Virus record (IMG/VR): IMGVR_UViG_2681813268_000004
DNA from: a virus
Lineage: Duplodnaviria; Heunggongvirae; Uroviricota; Caudoviricetes
Direction: 5' to 3' (one strand)
Length of the DNA: 31,296 nt
A program made the translations under genes and the position numbers. The notes beneath the pieces were generated by a model. It was given only the letters and a program-made list of their open reading frames with translations, made no database searches and was not told the DNA's origin. This document shows, one piece after another, positions 27,912-31,296 of the stretch. The stretch's first letter is position 1; the number at the start of each line of letters is the position of its first letter.

Positions 27912-28756
27912 ATGGGTAAAGGAAGCAGTAAGGGGCATACCCCGCGCGAAGCGAAGGACAACCTGAAGTCCACGCAGCTGCTGAGTGTGATCGATGCCAT
28001 CAGCGAAGGGCCGGTTGAAGGTCCGGTGGATGGATTAAAAAGCGTGCTGCTGAACAGTACGCCGGTGCTGGACACTGAGGGGAATACCAACATCGCCGGT
28101 GTCACGGTGGTGTTCCGTGCCGGTGAGCAGGAGCAGACACCGCCGGAGGGGTTTGAATCTTCCGGCTCCGAGACGGTGCTGGGTACGGAAGTGAAATACG
28201 ACACGCCGATCACCCGGACTATCACGTCTGCAAACATCGACCGTCTGCGCTTTACCTTCGGTGTGCAGGCACTGGTGGAAACCACCTCAAAGGGGGACCG
28301 GAATCCGTCGGAAGTCCGCCTGCTGGTTCAGATACAGCGTAATGGTGGCTGGGTGACGGAAAAAGACATCACCATTAAGGGCAAAACCACCTCGCAGTAT
28401 CTGGCCTCGGTGGTGGTGGATAACCTGCCGCCGCGCCCGTTCAATATACGGATGCGCAGGATGACGCCGGACAGCACCACAGACCAGCTGCAGAACAAAA
28501 CGCTCTGGTCGTCATACACCGAAATCATCGATGTGAAACAGTGCTACCCGAACACGGCACTGGTCGGCGTGCAGGTGGATTCGGAGCAGTTCGGCAGCCA
28601 GCAGGTGAGCCGTAATTATCATCTGCGCGGGCGTATTCTGCAGGTGCCGTCGAATTATAACCCGCAGACGCGGCAATACAGCGGTATCTGGGACGGAACG
28701 TTTAAACCGGCATACAGCAACAACATGGCCTGGTGTCTGTGGGATATGCTGACCCA
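27912..28756 (+). CDS. J: J, 5' fragment (cut by the N at 28757)
   Basis: gpJ N-terminal 281 codons; the listed 446-aa ORF 27912..29252 is a J-K chimera across the N. Confidence 0.7.
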
Positions 28757-28757
28757 N

Positions 28758-29252
28758 CTGCAGGTGCAGAGTGATTTGCCGTGGTGGCTGGTCTGCCGGG
28801 GGGCGATTCACAAGTTCCGCTGTGTGCCACATCTTACCGGGCGGCGCTTTGAGCACGGGGTGACGGACTGTTACACGCTGTTCCGGGATGCTTACCATCT
28901 GGCGGGGATTGAGATGCCGGATTTTCATCGTGAGGATGACTGGTGGCGTCACGGTCAGAATCTCTATCTGGATAATCTGGAGGCCACAGGGCTGTATCAG
29001 GTGCCGTTGTCAGCGGCGCAGCCGGGCGATGTGCTGCTGTGCTGTTTTGGTTCATCGGTGCCGAATCATGCCGCCATTTACTGTGGTGACGGCGAGCTGC
29101 TGCACCATATTCCTGAACAACTGAGCAAACGAGAGAGGTATACCGACAAATGGCAGCGACGCACACACTCCCTCTGGCGTCACCGGGCATGGCACGCATC
29201 TGCCTTTACGGGGATTTGCAACGATTTGGCCGCCGCATCGACCTTCGTGTGA
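28758..29252 (+). CDS. K: K, 3' fragment (begins at ..LQVQSDLPWWLV.. after the N junction)
   Basis: In-frame K C-terminal 164 codons, same allele as block 3. Confidence 0.55.
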   Translation: MQVQSDLPWWLVCRGAIHKFRCVPHLTGRRFEHGVTDCYTLFRDAYHLAGIEMPDFHREDDWWRHGQNLYLDNLEATGLYQVPLSAAQPGDVLLCCFGSSVPNHAAIYCGDGELLHHIPEQLSKRERYTDKWQRRTHSLWRHRAWHASAFTGICNDLAAASTFV

Positions 29253-29821
29253 AAACGGGTGCCGAAGCCATCCGGGCGATGGCCACACAGCTCCCTGCGT
29301 TTCGTCAGAAGCTGAGCGACGGCTGGTATCAGGTGCGTATTGCCGGGCAGGATGTTAGCACGTCCGGATTAACGGCACAGTTACATGAGGCTCTGCCTGA
29401 CGGCGCTGTGATTCATATTGTTCCCAGAGTCGCCGGGGCCAAGTCAGGTGGTGTATTCCAGATTGTCCTGGGAGCAGCCGCCATTGCCGGATCATTCTTT
29501 ACCGCCGGAGCCACCCTTGCAGCATGGGGGGCTGCCATTGGTGCCGGTGGTATGACCGGCATTCTGTTTTCTCTCGGTGCCAGTATGGTGCTCGGCGGTG
29601 TGGCTCAGATGCTGGCACCGAAAGCCAGAACTCCCCGCACACAGACAACGGATAACGGTAAGCAGAACACCTATTTCTCCTCACTGGATAACATGGTTGC
29701 CCAGGGCAATGTTATGCCTGTTCTGTATGGTGAAATGCGCGTGGGGTCACGTGTGGTATCTCAGGAGATCAGCACGGCAGACGAAGGGGACGGTGGTCAG
29801 GTTGTGGTGATTGGTCGCTGA
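29150..29821 (+). CDS. I: Tail tip assembly protein I (same allele as 23876..24547)
   Basis: 223 aa; identical translation. Confidence 0.85.
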   Translation: MAATHTLPLASPGMARICLYGDLQRFGRRIDLRVKTGAEAIRAMATQLPAFRQKLSDGWYQVRIAGQDVSTSGLTAQLHEALPDGAVIHIVPRVAGAKSGGVFQIVLGAAAIAGSFFTAGATLAAWGAAIGAGGMTGILFSLGASMVLGGVAQMLAPKARTPRTQTTDNGKQNTYFSSLDNMVAQGNVMPVLYGEMRVGSRVVSQEISTADEGDGGQVVVIGR

Positions 29822-29881
29822 TGCAAAATGTTTTATGTGAAATCGCCTCCGGGCGGTTTTATCGTTTATGGAGCATGACGA

Positions 29882-31296
29882 ATGGGTAAAGGCAGCAGTA
29901 AGGGGCATACCCCGCGCGAAGCGAAGGACAACCTGAAGTCCACGCAGCTGCTGAGTGTGATCGATGCCATCAGCGAAGGGCCGGTTGAAGGTCCGGTGGA
30001 TGGATTAAAAAGCGTGCTGCTGAACAGTACGCCGGTGCTGGACAGTGAGGGGAATACCAACATCTCCGGCGTCACGGTGGTGTTCCGGGCAGGTGAGCAG
30101 GAGCAGTCACCGCCGGAGGGATTTGAATCCTCCGGCTCCGAGACGGTGCTGGGTACGGAAGTGAAATATGACACGCCGATCACCCGGACCATCACGTCGG
30201 CAAACATTGACCGACTGCGTTTTACCTTCGGTGTACAGGCACTGGTGGAAACCACCTCAAAGGGAGACAGGAATCCGTCTGAAGTTCGCCTGCTGGTTCA
30301 GATACAGCGTAATGGTGGCTGGGTGACGGAAAAAGACATCACCATTAAGGGCAAAACCACCTCGCAGTATCTGGCCTCGGTGGTGGTGGATAACCTGCCG
30401 CCGCGCCCGTTCAATATACGGATGCGCAGGATGACGCCGGACAGCACCACAGACCAGCTGCAGAACAAAACGCTCTGGTCGTCATACACCGAAATCATCG
30501 ATGTGAAACAGTGCTACCCGAACACGGCACTGGTCGGCGTACAGGTGGATTCGGAGCAGTTCGGCAGCCAGCAGGTGAGCCGTAATTATCATCTTCGCGG
30601 GCGCATTCTGCAGGTGCCGTCGAACTATAATCCGCAGACGCGGCAATACAGCGGTATCTGGGACGGAACGTTAAAACCGGCATACAGCAACAACATGGCC
30701 TGGTGTCTGTGGGATATGCTGACCCATCCGCGCTATGGCATGGGGAAACGTCTTGGTGCGGCAGATGTGGATAAATGGGCGCTGTATGTCATCGGCCAGT
30801 ACTGTGACCAGTCGGTGCCGGACGGCTTTGGCAGCACGGAGCCGCGCATCACCTGTAATGCCTGGCTGACCACACAGCGCAAGGCGTGGGATGTGCTCAG
30901 TGATTTCTGCTCGGCGATGCGCTGTATGCCGGTATGGAACGGGCAGACGCTGACGTTCGTGCAGGACCGACCGTCGGATAAGGTGTGGACCTATAACCGC
31001 AGTAATGTGGTGATGCCGGATGATGGCGCGCCGTTCCGCTACAGTTTCAGCGCCCTGAAAGACCGCCATAATGCCGTTGAGGTGAACTGGATTGACCCGG
31101 ATAACGGCTGGGAGACGGCGACAGAGCTTGTGGAGGATACGCAGGCCATTGTCCGTTACGGTCGTAACGTCACGAAGATGGATGCCTTTGGCTGTACCAG
31201 CCGGGGGCAGGCACACCGCGCCGGGCTGTGGCTGATTAAAACTGAACTGCTGGAGACGCAGACCGTGGATTTCAGCGTGGGTGCTGAAGGGCTTCG
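29882..31296 (+). CDS. J: Tail tip / host-specificity protein J, 5' portion; continues beyond the window end
   Basis: ATG 29882 after the I-J hairpin; open frame to 31296 with no stop; colinear recalled similarity to lambda gpJ (..WCLWDMLTHPRYGMGKRLGAADVDKWALYVIGQYCDQSVPDGFG..). Confidence 0.85.
   Translation, partial: MGKGSSKGHTPREAKDNLKSTQLLSVIDAISEGPVEGPVDGLKSVLLNSTPVLDSEGNTNISGVTVVFRAGEQEQSPPEGFESSGSETVLGTEVKYDTPITRTITSANIDRLRFTFGVQALVETTSKGDRNPSEVRLLVQIQRNGGWVTEKDITIKGKTTSQYLASVVVDNLPPRPFNIRMRRMTPDSTTDQLQNKTLWSSYTEIIDVKQCYPNTALVGVQVDSEQFGSQQVSRNYHLRGRILQVPSNYNPQTRQYSGIWDGTLKPAYSNNMAWCLWDMLTHPRYGMGKRLGAADVDKWALYVIGQYCDQSVPDGFGSTEPRITCNAWLTTQRKAWDVLSDFCSAMRCMPVWNGQTLTFVQDRPSDKVWTYNRSNVVMPDDGAPFRYSFSALKDRHNAVEVNWIDPDNGWETATELVEDTQAIVRYGRNVTKMDAFGCTSRGQAHRAGLWLIKTELLETQTVDFSVGAEGL

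Noticed and set aside
27912-29252. 446-aa ORF listed as a single protein
   Set aside because: It is a J N-terminus fused in-frame to a K C-terminus across the N at 28757, a junction artifact. The same applies to 24771..25367 and to 16005..18539, which is the H 3' part including a redundant block.
15238-31296. Possibility that the many repeats form a CRISPR array or a genuine tandem amplification
   Set aside because: The repeats are gene-sized blocks (0.5-2.5 kb), not short repeats with unique spacers, and every block boundary coincides with an N character inside a codon; removing them restores canonical gene lengths.
1-31296. Integrase, att site, tRNA or toxin cargo (for example stx)
   Set aside because: None recognised. 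The window covers only the late operon from the lysis genes to J; any such genes would lie outside it.

Overview
This window is the late (lysis, packaging, head, tail) region of a lambda-like siphophage or prophage of an enterobacterial host, with every gene on the + strand and collinear with phage lambda. The order is: a 5'-truncated late ORF, a pinholin-type holin S, a small unknown ORF, a SAR-type endolysin R, a cluster of small hydrophobic ORFs, the spanins Rz/Rz1, a lambda-type cos site, then Nu1, A, W, B, C/Nu3, D, E, FI, FII, Z, U, V, G, G-T (frameshift), H, M, L, K, I and the start of J. Gene identities rest on recalled similarity of the translated ORFs to lambda proteins and on motifs read directly; no database search was run. 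The dominant oddity is structural: the record contains N characters (single N at 1062, 16015, 17396, 24833, 26656, 28757; 11-N runs at 19564-19574 and 22372-22382), and each N is followed by sequence that re-starts inside a gene already seen. The result is near-identical but not identical copies of the holin region, of two internal blocks of H, and of M/L/K/I/J-start segments tiled five times. Removing the redundant blocks from H gives 2562 nt, an 853-codon gene, the canonical lambda gpH length. I therefore read these as concatenated paralogous or allelic contigs or an assembly artifact, not biological tandem amplification. The most interesting genuinely biological candidates are a low-GC lipoprotein moron inserted between I and J in one tail-block variant (27507-27845) and a run of four short hydrophobic ORFs between the endolysin and Rz. 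No tRNA, CRISPR array, integrase or toxin gene was recognised.
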